A stretch of 64,000 bases of DNA, taken from Cyclobacteriaceae bacterium (lineage in GTDB: Bacteria; Bacteroidota; Bacteroidia; Cytophagales; Cyclobacteriaceae). A program made the position numbers and the translations under genes. The stretch covers positions 1 through 64,000 of the forward strand of contig JAVJRN010000065.1 in the NCBI GenBank assembly GCA_040218415.1. Reading direction: 5' to 3'. Every line of letters starts with the position of its first letter. The first letter of the stretch is position 1. Shown in pieces: positions 47,143 through 57,133 of the stretch. The notes under the pieces are model-generated. The model made no database searches and was not told the origin of the DNA. It was given only the letters and a program-made list of their open reading frames with translations.

Positions 47143-48584
47143 GCGGGGTGAGGTTCGGTTTTGATTCTTTTTATTTTAAAGTTGACATAAGCCACTAAGA
47201 TGGTCATAAAAGGACTTATGATATTGAAAAAACAATAAGGCGCATATAAAAGCGTGGAAACCCCGAGGACGTTGGCGTGATAAGCTCCGCAAGTATTCCA
47301 AGGGATAAGCACTGATGTTACGGTACCCGAGTCCTCCAAAGATCGACTCAAATTTTCGGGAGCCAATCCTTTTTTCTTGTAAATATCAGCGTACATTCTT
47401 CCTGGAACTACAATTGCGAGATATTGGTCAGAAGCGGTGAGATTGAAAAATAAACAAGTACCTACCGTGGAGCTTACTAAAGAGCCTGTAGAGTTTACTC
47501 TGCTGATAATCGCTTTGGCTATTCTCTTAAGCATTCCTGAGCTTTCCATGACACCACCAAATATCATTGCTGATAAGATAAGCCAGATGGTACCAAGCAT
47601 ACCCGCCATACCACCAGATGTTAACAGCTCATTGACCATCGCATTGTCTGTATTGATGGCAATATCGCCATATAGACTGGTCATGATCCCTACAAACATT
47701 CCTGAAGCGCCACCATTTCCGCCAATTTCGGCAACTAGATCCGGTTGGAAAACCAAGGCGAACAGTCCGCCAAGTAGGGTTCCTGCAAGTAATGCAGGGA
47801 TTGCTGGGACTTTTTTTACAATCATGATAACCACCACCACGGGAACAATAAACAGTAGCCCTGAGATATAAAACTTATCATTGATGGCCGCCAAAATGGA
47901 GGAGGTTTCTGTAACGCTACCTTCTTGAGTTCCAAAAAAACCTATAAACAGAAAAATAATTAACGTCACAATAATGGACGGTACGGTAGTTAAAGTCATG
48001 TACTTGATATGTGTAAACAAATCAGTACCAGCCATCGCGGGGGCAAGGTTGGTTGTATCAGACAGAGGAGACATTTTATCTCCAAAATAGGCGCCTGACA
48101 GAATTGCTCCGGCAACAAGCCCTTCAGATAATCCTAAAGCTTTTCCAATTCCTATTAAGGCAATTCCCACAGTTGCAGCGGTGGTCCAAGAACTTCCTGT
48201 TGCAATTGATACAATGCTGCATACCACACATGCTGCCACCAAGAATATGGTGGGATTGAGGATTTGTAATCCGTAATAAATCATTGCAGGAACGATACCA
48301 CTTAAAAGCCAAGTCCCCGCCAAAGAACCAATTAACAGCAGAATAAGCAATGAGGTCATCGCTGAGCTTATACTCTTGACGATTCCGTCTTGGATTTGTG
48401 CCCATTTAAAACCAAGCCTGTATGCCACGATGGTAGCAACAGCCGCGGATAGAATTAACACTATTTGATTTGAGCCGTCTAATGCCGCATCTTTAAAAAT
48501 GCTTACATTGATGGATAATAATACAATTAGAAATATTATAGGGATGAAGGCCTCTAATAGAGTTGGTTCACGTTTAATCGCCAT
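47139..48584 (-). CDS. Na+/H+ antiporter NhaC family
   Basis: 481 aa polytopic membrane protein with the NhaC-like pattern throughout. Confidence 0.8.
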   Translation of the reverse strand: MAIKREPTLLEAFIPIIFLIVLLSINVSIFKDAALDGSNQIVLILSAAVATIVAYRLGFKWAQIQDGIVKSISSAMTSLLILLLIGSLAGTWLLSGIVPAMIYYGLQILNPTIFLVAACVVCSIVSIATGSSWTTAATVGIALIGIGKALGLSEGLVAGAILSGAYFGDKMSPLSDTTNLAPAMAGTDLFTHIKYMTLTTVPSIIVTLIIFLFIGFFGTQEGSVTETSSILAAINDKFYISGLLFIVPVVVVIMIVKKVPAIPALLAGTLLGGLFALVFQPDLVAEIGGNGGASGMFVGIMTSLYGDIAINTDNAMVNELLTSGGMAGMLGTIWLILSAMIFGGVMESSGMLKRIAKAIISRVNSTGSLVSSTVGTCLFFNLTASDQYLAIVVPGRMYADIYKKKGLAPENLSRSLEDSGTVTSVLIPWNTCGAYHANVLGVSTLLYAPYCFFNIISPFMTILVAYVNFKIKRIKTEPHPA

Positions 48585-48626
48585 TAATTACAGTTTTCCA
48601 AAAAAAGGGAAAAGATAACTAAAAAA

Positions 48627-49745
48627 TCAAAAAAACTTAGCGATCATTTGTGAAGCAAGCGCTTCTCCTACTTGGCTGCCTATAGCTACGCCCATACCGC
48701 CAAGTCTTACTCCGATGTGAATTTTATCCGATACTTGCGTGATTATTGGAGACTTATTTGGTCCAAAAGCCATGATTCCAGTCCATATATCGGTAATTTC
48801 AAATTTTTGATCTGGTATGATGATGTTTTGCAGGTCTTGGAGGAGTTTGTCTTTGATATGATTATTAATATCAAAACTTGTAGTATTCTCAGTCGCTCTA
48901 TCAATATTTCGCCCACCGCCAAAAATTATTTTATTTCCATAATTTCTGAAATAAAAATATCCTTCATCATAATGGAAGGTTCCTTCAAATTTCAGTGGGA
49001 TGGAAGGGGTTATCGCCAATACCAAACCTCTGCCAGGTTGAATGTCTTTTGGCTCTTTTAAGATGGCATTAGAAAAGGCATTGGTACATACCGCAACGCG
49101 CTTTGCTTGCCACGACATGCCAGATGCTTTGACTTGCACAAAATTTTCCTCTTCGTTTATTTTCTGCACATCAGCTCCTGTGATAACCTGGACGCCCAAT
49201 TCGCTACAGTATTGCCAAAGTGATTTGATTAATTTACCAGTATGGAGCTGTCCTTCATACTGGTTGAAGATAAGGTGCTTGGTGCCACCGAAACCGAATT
49301 TTTCTATTTGATCATTTTCCAAGCGATATACAGGCCTGTCAAATTTGGATTTCAACAGATCATTGAGTTTGTCAAGTTGGTTTAGCCTATGATCGTTTTG
49401 AAAGAAAAGCTCATAACCACCTTTATTTTGATAATCTATGGTATTGTCACCGAGCCTTTTTCTGGTTTTGGCCAATCCTTGCCATCTCATTTCCACCAGT
49501 GCTAGCATCTCCGCTTCGGTCATGGTTTCAAGGTCGGCCAATAATTCAGTCAAACTACCAAAACACGCAAATCCAGCGTTTTTTGTGCTGGCTCCCGTAG
49601 GCAAAAGTCCTCTTTCGAGAACAAGAACGGATAGTTCTGGAGACTTTTCTTTGAGCGAGGCGGCTGTACTTAAACCCGTAATGCCAGCGCCAATAACGAT
49701 GACATCATAATTAATAAAACTATCTTTTTCCCAAAAACTAAGCAT
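48627..49745 (-). CDS. FAD-dependent oxidoreductase (DAO family)
   Basis: 372 aa. N-terminal Rossmann YDVIVIGAGITGLSTAASL. Confidence 0.7.
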   Translation of the reverse strand: MLSFWEKDSFINYDVIVIGAGITGLSTAASLKEKSPELSVLVLERGLLPTGASTKNAGFACFGSLTELLADLETMTEAEMLALVEMRWQGLAKTRKRLGDNTIDYQNKGGYELFFQNDHRLNQLDKLNDLLKSKFDRPVYRLENDQIEKFGFGGTKHLIFNQYEGQLHTGKLIKSLWQYCSELGVQVITGADVQKINEEENFVQVKASGMSWQAKRVAVCTNAFSNAILKEPKDIQPGRGLVLAITPSIPLKFEGTFHYDEGYFYFRNYGNKIIFGGGRNIDRATENTTSFDINNHIKDKLLQDLQNIIIPDQKFEITDIWTGIMAFGPNKSPIITQVSDKIHIGVRLGGMGVAIGSQVGEALASQMIAKFF

Positions 49746-49781
49746 CAGATTTGATTGATATAATTACACCTGCGTGGGTCA

Positions 49782-50801
49782 CTAACTCTTTTCTTCCAAG
49801 CTGCCATCAACATATTTAGCAAACCTTCCTTTTGACTTGTCATGAACTTGATCTGATTTTGGCCAAGGCCATCCGCCAAATTGTGTCCTTTGGTATTCGC
49901 TGATGACTTGCTGCACTTCTGCGTTACTATTCGTTACAAATGGGCCATATTGTACCACAGGCTCAGCGATTGGTTTTCCTTGCAAAAAAAGGAAATGCGT
50001 TTCTTTGTTGTCATTGACTATTGTGGTTGGTGAGTCCGGATGCAAGTCGATGATGTTTTGTTGTACGATGGTGCGATCTCCAATCGTTACTGAATTTCCT
50101 TTGAAAAAGTATAAAGATCTATTGATTCCGGCACTGGCTGCTGGCAGTGTCCATGTGGCGCCAGCTTCCATTTTTATCGTGTAAATGTGAACTTCATTAG
50201 CTGGATTAGCTGCCCATGAGTTGGGTGCTGGTTTTGGTGCAGTTTGACCATCGAGTTGACCGGCAATGAGCGAAATAGTAGTTTCTTTTTTATTGGGGTC
50301 GATATGCTTTACCAAAGGGATATTTTCTGCCCATAGCATCGCAAAGTGCGGGTCTACCTTTTTGCTGGCTTTGGGTAGGTTGAGCCATAGCTGAAAAAGC
50401 AAAAATGGATTTGGGTTATTTTCATCAAGTAAAGGAAACATTTCTGAATGCTGAACCCCTTTTCCTGCAGTCATCCACTGTACATCACCATTGCCGAAAC
50501 GACCAGCAGCTCCAAGCGAATCTGCGTGATCCACCAAGCCTTTTTGCGCGATGGTGACTGTTTCAAAACCACAATGTGGATGACTTGGAAATCCTGGAAC
50601 CGTAGAGCCATGGTACATATTCCAGCCATCTTTCCCTTGAAAGTCTTGTCCTATACTTCTGCCAGCCAACGAAGCATCTGGACTCATGTCAGGCTTACCT
50701 TTTGGAAAAAGATCCTCATGATAAGCACAAAAAATAAATGGATCTTGTGTTTGCCATGGAAAGCCTAATGGCCGAATGGCCTTAATCGTTGGGTTGCTCA
50801 T
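49782..50801 (-). CDS. pirin-family cupin protein
   Basis: 339 aa. ...[24 protein letters not shown]... and ...VQHSEMFP... are the pirin metal-binding HxH...H...E arrangement. Confidence 0.8.
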   Translation of the reverse strand: MSNPTIKAIRPLGFPWQTQDPFIFCAYHEDLFPKGKPDMSPDASLAGRSIGQDFQGKDGWNMYHGSTVPGFPSHPHCGFETVTIAQKGLVDHADSLGAAGRFGNGDVQWMTAGKGVQHSEMFPLLDENNPNPFLLFQLWLNLPKASKKVDPHFAMLWAENIPLVKHIDPNKKETTISLIAGQLDGQTAPKPAPNSWAANPANEVHIYTIKMEAGATWTLPAASAGINRSLYFFKGNSVTIGDRTIVQQNIIDLHPDSPTTIVNDNKETHFLFLQGKPIAEPVVQYGPFVTNSNAEVQQVISEYQRTQFGGWPWPKSDQVHDKSKGRFAKYVDGSLEEKS

Positions 50802-50866
50802 TTCTTATAATTATGATTTTTGATATGAAGGTAAAAAACGACTCGCTCTGCGAATTGTTTGGAAAG

Positions 50867-52138
50867 TTAATGGTTCAAAAAAGAAGTATAACTCGATATT
50901 ATCTCTTCAGCGCTTCTTTTCCATGATAATTGGCTAGCCTCCGAAAGGCAATTGTCAATGACCGTTTGGCGATAGTCCTGATTGGTCATGAGTCGCTCGA
51001 TAAGTTGCACGTATTCAAAGTGATTCCATTTGTCCACTTGCGGAAGGCTAGGGATAAACTCGGCAACACCCGAACCTTGTGCGGCAGCCACTGGGATTTT
51101 TTTCATGATGGCCTCAAGTGTAACGAGCCCAAAAGGCTCAGCGTTTGATGGTACCACGAGTAAATCTAGTGTGTTGAGCTGTTTGAGTAGTTTCTGTCTT
51201 GTCAGAAAACCGGTAAATTTTATTTTAAGATTTAGACTATCGGCTTTATGTTTTAATTCATCAGCTAGGTATCCATCACCCATCATCGTATAGTCAAAGT
51301 CCAATCCTTTTGACTCCAGTGAGCGAGCCAAGTCCAAAAAAGTGGAAGGACTTTTTTGATGGGTAAAACGCCCTATAAAACCTATTTTCTTTGGTTTTCT
51401 GAGCGGAGTAAGTGAAGGTCTTAGGTTGACTGCATTTGGTATGACCTTGATTTTTGATGCTTCAATTCCGTATCTTGAAGTCATCAAGTCTTTTGTTCGC
51501 TGACTCACAGTGAAAATAATATCTGCAGCATCAATGCCTTCTTTTTCTAATGCGATGGTCGTGTTTTGTGCAAATATTCCATTGCGTTCAAATTCGGTAC
51601 TATGAATATGGATGGCCAATGGAATTTTCAGGGCTTTTTTTACGGCTATAGCAGCCTTAAATGTGGGCCAGTCGTGTGCGTGGATGAAATCATACTTTTT
51701 TTTCTTAGCGAAATGTGTTGCCAAAAAAGCATATTTTGAAACCTGACCAAGTAAGTCTTCTTCATAGCTTCCTGTCAACTTGATCTTACCAAGAAGCGCA
51801 GTTTCTTGCTTAGGGGTAAGTTCTATGGTGATGATTGATTTACTCTTGGTTTTTGTAAAAAGTATTGGAGGCAGATAAGGAACCAGCGTTTGTCCGATGG
51901 ACGTTTCTTCAATGATCTCCGTCCTTTTGATTTTCTTATTCCAGACACTTGGCTTTTTTGACAGCTCCGCCAAGTCTATCAGTTTCACTTTTTGGCTGAC
52001 TTGTTCTTTGTGTTTTTTTGGTAATAGAAAGGTGACTTCTGCTTGTTTGGCCAAGGCTTCCGCAATTCCTTGTGAGGCTACTCCTAAGCCACCCGTTATT
52101 TTAGGAGGATATTCCCATCCAAGCATCAAAATGTTCAT
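50867..52138 (-). CDS. GT-B glycosyltransferase, glycogen-synthase-like (GT4/GT5)
   Basis: 423 aa. MNILMLGWEYPPKITGGLGVASQGIAEALAK resembles the N-termini of archaeal/Bacteroidetes-type glycogen synthases. The C-terminal ...EPFGLVTLEAI... donor-binding motif is present. Confidence 0.6.
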   Translation of the reverse strand: MNILMLGWEYPPKITGGLGVASQGIAEALAKQAEVTFLLPKKHKEQVSQKVKLIDLAELSKKPSVWNKKIKRTEIIEETSIGQTLVPYLPPILFTKTKSKSIITIELTPKQETALLGKIKLTGSYEEDLLGQVSKYAFLATHFAKKKKYDFIHAHDWPTFKAAIAVKKALKIPLAIHIHSTEFERNGIFAQNTTIALEKEGIDAADIIFTVSQRTKDLMTSRYGIEASKIKVIPNAVNLRPSLTPLRKPKKIGFIGRFTHQKSPSTFLDLARSLESKGLDFDYTMMGDGYLADELKHKADSLNLKIKFTGFLTRQKLLKQLNTLDLLVVPSNAEPFGLVTLEAIMKKIPVAAAQGSGVAEFIPSLPQVDKWNHFEYVQLIERLMTNQDYRQTVIDNCLSEASQLSWKRSAEEIISSYTSFLNH

Positions 52139-52681
52139 GTCTCTTTTTTTGCTTTAAGATAAGTATAAATTGTCGCTATGCGAATGTTCATCAGTATCTG
52201 TTGGCCAATAATTTGTTCAATATTGGATAATCCTTACCATAAAATTGTATGCCACAATCTTGGACGGCAACACAAGTTTTGATCTAAACAGAACCAGCTG
52301 ATGGTTATGTCAAATATTGCTTTTGGCTTTATGAGCCGTTTATTTTCGGTTGTGCGTCTCTTTTTTTATTGAATATGGCTCTCGCAAACTTCGTAAAAGA
52401 AGTAAGTCTAACAATTCACATTTTTACTCTTCAAACGGCACTTTATTTATAAATTAAATGTAAAAATATAGTGACCAGCCACAAAAAGCGATTGGATCAC
52501 TTTTCCTGAAATGATGGAGTCCTTTAATTGGAATAGGATAAATGTCACGATTGGCTATCCTGATAATCACTACTGGAATAATGGCTACTAGATGATGTGA
52601 CAGTACTATTTATAATATTCTTAGGATATAATTTTCAGTTAACTTGGGGTCGTTTTTAACGCCCTATTAGAGTTCAAGCAT

Positions 52682-54520
52682 ATGTTTAAAGCCATTTGTA
52701 TTTTTTCTTTCTTTCTTTCTTTCCACGTTGTATCAGCACAGAATATTATCTCAAAATTGGATTCGACTCAGGTTAAAAGTCAGATCGAAAAGGATAGCGT
52801 ACTGAGCACGCAATTAGCGGTATCAAAGAGAATCAGCTTTGCCATAGACTCGACACGTAGAGCGGATAGTTTGAGGATATTGGAGTTGAATAATCGCCTG
52901 GCCAATATCCGGTCGACTGATGCGGCAGAAAGAGCAAGACTTAATGCGCAAATCGATTCTATCAGTGAGGCAAAAAAGCGCAGAGATATTCGTATCAAAA
53001 GGCAAGTAGATAGTTTACGAACAGCTACAGTAGGTGTGCCCGTGATAATATACGAGGATACGGCATTTTTTATTTACAATCGACTGGGGCCATTCAGTCC
53101 TTCGGAGCGTGCAGCGCGCATTTCTCAGAAAATACAGAACCTGGTAGAGGAGGGTGCTTTTAAAGAGACGGAGCTTATTGTGTACTCAGGAGAAGAAACG
53201 GATGACATTCTATACGGTGAAACCATATTGATGAGCGTCACAGACAGAGATGCTTTTTGGTTAGATAAGACCCGCAATGAAGTCGCAAACTATTATGTGC
53301 AACAAATCAAATCCAAAGTTAAAAACTACTATCAGCACTATGGTTTTATCAGAACTCTTCTCAGAGTTGGGCTTTTAATTATACTCTTGCTGGCCTTTGG
53401 TTTTGGGATCAAATATCTCAATCAGCTGTTGACATTTATGAATCAAAAGATACTTACGGGAAGCGAGAAGCTACTTCATGGGGTGAGCTATAAAAACTAT
53501 GAGTTTTTGTCCGCAGACAGGGAAAAGCAATTAATAAGTTGGATTCTCAATATCATCAAATGGGTGCTCATTGTTTTAGTTTTCTACCTTTCACTACCTG
53601 TAATATTTAGTATTTTTCCTGCAACCAAAGGTATCGCCAATACGCTAATCGGCTATTTGCTCGATCCTTTCAAAATGTTTGCGCTTGCGCTGATCGGCTA
53701 TATTCCTGAACTTTTTGCCATTGTCGTGATATTGATTGTCACCAGCTATTTTGTCTCTTTTCTGAGATTTTTAAGTAAAGAGATAGAAACAGGTAAGCTG
53801 CACATCAAAGGTTTTTATCCTGATTGGGCGAGCCCAACGTTTTCATTGGTACGAGTGATCGTCTACGCTTTTTCTTTTATCATTATTTTTCCCTACTTGC
53901 CGGGCAGTAATTCTCCAGTTTTTCAAGGAGTAAGTGTCTTTTTTGGGTTGCTTATTTCTTTAGGCTCTTCCTCTGCTATTGGAAATATCATCGCTGGTTT
54001 GGTGATTACTTACATGCGTCCTTTTAAAATTGGTGATCGCGTGAAAATAGGTGATAAGGTAGGTGATGTTATCGAAAAAACACTTTTGGTCACTCGCTTG
54101 CGAACGATCAAGAATGAGGAGGTGACTATTCCAAATGCGTCTATTTTGACTGGAAGTACGGTTAATTATAGTTCGAGCTCGGAGCACCAAGGCTTGATCT
54201 TACACACCAGTATAACTATTGGTTATGATGTGCCATGGCGGCAAGTTCATCAACTAATGATCGATGCTGCCTTGAAGACAGAGGGTGTTAAAGCGGATCC
54301 CCAGCCATTTATTTTGCAGACAAGTTTGGATGATTTTTATGTAAGTTATCAATTGAACGCCTACACGGATGAGGCTTCAAAAGCTGCCAAAATATATTCC
54401 GGTTTACATGCCAATATTCAAGACTGCTTTAATGATGCGGGCGTTGAAATCATGTCTCCACATTATAGAGCCAACCGCGATGGAAGCACCATTACGATTC
54501 CTCCGAATCAAGGTAAATAA
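52682..54520 (+). CDS. mechanosensitive ion channel (MscS family, extended N-terminal domain)
   Basis: 612 aa. Signal peptide and coiled-coil N-domain, TM helices, then ...GSSSAIGNIIAGLVITYMRPFKIGDRVKIGDKVGDVIEKTLLVTRLRTIKNEEVTIPN..., the MscS pore/beta domain. Confidence 0.8.
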   Translation: MFKAICIFSFFLSFHVVSAQNIISKLDSTQVKSQIEKDSVLSTQLAVSKRISFAIDSTRRADSLRILELNNRLANIRSTDAAERARLNAQIDSISEAKKRRDIRIKRQVDSLRTATVGVPVIIYEDTAFFIYNRLGPFSPSERAARISQKIQNLVEEGAFKETELIVYSGEETDDILYGETILMSVTDRDAFWLDKTRNEVANYYVQQIKSKVKNYYQHYGFIRTLLRVGLLIILLLAFGFGIKYLNQLLTFMNQKILTGSEKLLHGVSYKNYEFLSADREKQLISWILNIIKWVLIVLVFYLSLPVIFSIFPATKGIANTLIGYLLDPFKMFALALIGYIPELFAIVVILIVTSYFVSFLRFLSKEIETGKLHIKGFYPDWASPTFSLVRVIVYAFSFIIIFPYLPGSNSPVFQGVSVFFGLLISLGSSSAIGNIIAGLVITYMRPFKIGDRVKIGDKVGDVIEKTLLVTRLRTIKNEEVTIPNASILTGSTVNYSSSSEHQGLILHTSITIGYDVPWRQVHQLMIDAALKTEGVKADPQPFILQTSLDDFYVSYQLNAYTDEASKAAKIYSGLHANIQDCFNDAGVEIMSPHYRANRDGSTITIPPNQGK

Positions 54521-56141
54521 GCCGTAATATTTGTGCGTTTACTTTTTGCTTTTCCAAAAAGTTAATCCAGAAAAGTTGCTGCGCGGATAAGTGGTCGTTG
54601 GGTGATTTGATTTCATAAAAAAAGTATTCGGTTTCATTCCAAATAAACAAATCGGGAAAACCGGTACTATTGTCTTTGACGTTTTTGGCTATTTCAAGCA
54701 TTATTTTTTTCAATCCGGCAAAAGGCAACCGCTCGACAATCAGCCCGATGTAATCCATCATTTGTTCATGCCAGTAAATAAATGGATTAGTGATTCCAGA
54801 TTTCTCTTTGATGATTTTTTCAATATGCTTCAAATATTGCTTTCTAGTTCGGAAAGTACTGATTCTTTGCTCTAGCTGTATTTTTCTTTCCAGATAAAAA
54901 GCCTCTGAATATAAATCGGAAGGCATGCGCTGAAGAGGGTGATGAAAGGTGCCATTGATATTGTCAAAAAGCTCATGCCAAAAAGTGAGGCCAAAGAGAT
55001 TGCGCCAGATGAAATTTTCCGAATGGATGCCATCAAAACCTTTTTTTGCAAAATAAGCCAATGCTTGAGCCTCCACTTTTTGTGTAGGATTAGGAACGAG
55101 GCTTATGGATGGGCTGGACTTTATTTTGGTCGTAGTACTTTTTAAGATTCTATCGCCTTTTTTGGCAATATAGTCACAGGCGAAAGTCAGTTCTTTGGCA
55201 TTGTAAGGCTGTTCGGTGACAAAAGCTGCAAGATCCAAGGCATCTTCTTTTCTGCCGATCTTATCCATTATTCTTATTCTACGCTCTCTGGCCGGGTGTT
55301 TTTTGGCCCACTCAAAAAAGGAAATGGCGCTCTCAAGAAATCCCATCTTTTCGTAATATTCTCCGATTCGCATCATGAGTTTATTCCCAATTTTTTGCGC
55401 TGCTGGATATTGTAGCAATGAAGACCAGTTCACTGGCGCGAGAAATTGCAAGATTTCTTCTGGTAAGTAATTATCGAAAGCCAGCTTAATGGCCGTGTTC
55501 CATTTCGACAATTCAAAAACGGCCAATGCCTCGCTTCTGGAACTAAACCAAGAGGAAAATTGGTGGTTTTCCAGGTTTTCTAATTGAATGTTGCCAACAT
55601 CGCGAATGACAAACTCCGTCATCATGGAGTCGGTATTTCCAAAGTATAAAAGTTTTAAAAATTCAATATGATCTTGGATAAGAATTTTTACAAGCTGATA
55701 TTTTGACAGTAAGTGGTGATAGTCTTCTGATGTCGACGTTTCCACCAAGGTCAGCACCACTTCTTCTTTGTATTTATGCCTAAAGTCTTTGTCAGGAAAG
55801 GCCTTGTCTAGCTCTGCTTTGGTAAACTGATTGAAAATAATGGGGTCATTGTTGATGTCCATGGTAATGAAACCCGCTTCTGCCAGCTCATCAAATGCCT
55901 CGGCTTGATGACTTATTTCTGGATATTCGAACTTATCCATTCGGAAGTATTCACCTTTTCTGTTGGCCATTCTGATAATGGTACATTGGGCATCTTCGCT
56001 CAGGGAATGAAAAATTTCATAGAATTGATGGTCATCAATATCGAGAAGATGACCAGAATGTTTTTCTATAAAGGCCAATACTTCTTTGAAATAGTCCAGA
56101 TAGTATTTTGGAGGCAATATGATTTTCTCTTTGTCGCTCAA
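54492..56141 (-). CDS. FAN1-like nuclease with C-terminal VRR-NUC domain
   Basis: 549 aa. The C-terminal ...GFPDLFIWNETEYFFYEIKSPNDHLSAQQLFWINFLEK... is a VRR-NUC PD-(D/E)xK motif. Size and architecture resemble bacterial FAN1 homologues. The 3' end overlaps the MscS gene by 29 bp (convergent). Confidence 0.6.
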   Translation of the reverse strand: MSDKEKIILPPKYYLDYFKEVLAFIEKHSGHLLDIDDHQFYEIFHSLSEDAQCTIIRMANRKGEYFRMDKFEYPEISHQAEAFDELAEAGFITMDINNDPIIFNQFTKAELDKAFPDKDFRHKYKEEVVLTLVETSTSEDYHHLLSKYQLVKILIQDHIEFLKLLYFGNTDSMMTEFVIRDVGNIQLENLENHQFSSWFSSRSEALAVFELSKWNTAIKLAFDNYLPEEILQFLAPVNWSSLLQYPAAQKIGNKLMMRIGEYYEKMGFLESAISFFEWAKKHPARERRIRIMDKIGRKEDALDLAAFVTEQPYNAKELTFACDYIAKKGDRILKSTTTKIKSSPSISLVPNPTQKVEAQALAYFAKKGFDGIHSENFIWRNLFGLTFWHELFDNINGTFHHPLQRMPSDLYSEAFYLERKIQLEQRISTFRTRKQYLKHIEKIIKEKSGITNPFIYWHEQMMDYIGLIVERLPFAGLKKIMLEIAKNVKDNSTGFPDLFIWNETEYFFYEIKSPNDHLSAQQLFWINFLEKQKVNAQILRLIYLDSEES

Positions 56142-56521
56142 TTTAACTTTTGTCCGTTCGCTTTTTGATTGTATTCAACTACGCTATTCAAAGATTTATT
56201 CAACATTGGCATTTACGCTTTTGTTGTCCTCTCAACGATTATGAATGCTTTTGATTTTGTGCCATGAGTTGGCAAAAATACATGTCTGTGATGATAAAAG
56301 CTTTTACAGGCGGTCATTTTGCGTGGACTATTTTGACTGTAGATCAGGCATTTTTCAGCCTTTTTTCAAGTATGCGCTTTGTTGATAAAGAATAAATTTC
56401 TGATTGAAAGGCTTTAAATGAAGTGGGAGTCTTTTTTATGAGGCAGGCAACATAGTTATTTTGTGCAGAGCAATTCTTTTCTACGCGGAGTTGTAGTTAA
56501 AAGCGTTAATTGCAGCCAGTT

Positions 56522-57130
56522 TTAGATTTCAAAATGCCTTCTGAGCACACCTTTCCAGATTTTGTAGCCTTTTTCGTTGAGGTGTAGTTGATCTTCTTGA
56601 TATAATTCGGGTCTGGCTACTCCGCGCGCATCAAGCATAGAATCAAACACGTTGATCATGGAAGCACGATCGGTTTTTAAAATTTCTTTTCTGATTAATC
56701 GGTTGGTTTCAAAAGTTTCATTGATCAGATAGGTGCGTTCTGGGCTTGGTTTTATGGTAATAAAATGAATTTTTATTTTTGGAAAATGGAGCCTCACCAT
56801 ATTCGTCAGATTACTGAATTTCTTCAGCACTTTCTGTGGAGGAATTCCTTTTCCTAAGTCATTGTCACCCACATAAATGACTATTTCTGAGGGTTTTAAA
56901 TTTCTGAATACTCTTGTGAAATAATAAATACACCAAGCAAAAGAAGATCCACCAAAGCCAAGATTGATCACGTTGAGCGGGACGAGATCTTTTTCCAAAG
57001 TATCCCAAAGCCGAATAGATGAGCTGCCATAAAATGCGATGATATGGTCGGGATTGCTATGATCTAACACCCGTTTTTCCAAGATTTTTATTTCGTCTTC
57101 AAACATGTTCAAGTCTATTAACTCCTCCAT
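56522..57130 (-). CDS. SGNH/GDSL-family hydrolase
   Basis: 202 aa. ...IIAFYGSSSIRLWDTL... (block I Ser) and ...VIYVGDNDL... (block III), with DxxH near the C-terminus (...EDQLHLNEKG...). Confidence 0.6.
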   Translation of the reverse strand: MEELIDLNMFEDEIKILEKRVLDHSNPDHIIAFYGSSSIRLWDTLEKDLVPLNVINLGFGGSSFAWCIYYFTRVFRNLKPSEIVIYVGDNDLGKGIPPQKVLKKFSNLTNMVRLHFPKIKIHFITIKPSPERTYLINETFETNRLIRKEILKTDRASMINVFDSMLDARGVARPELYQEDQLHLNEKGYKIWKGVLRRHFEI

Positions 57131-57133
57131 TGT

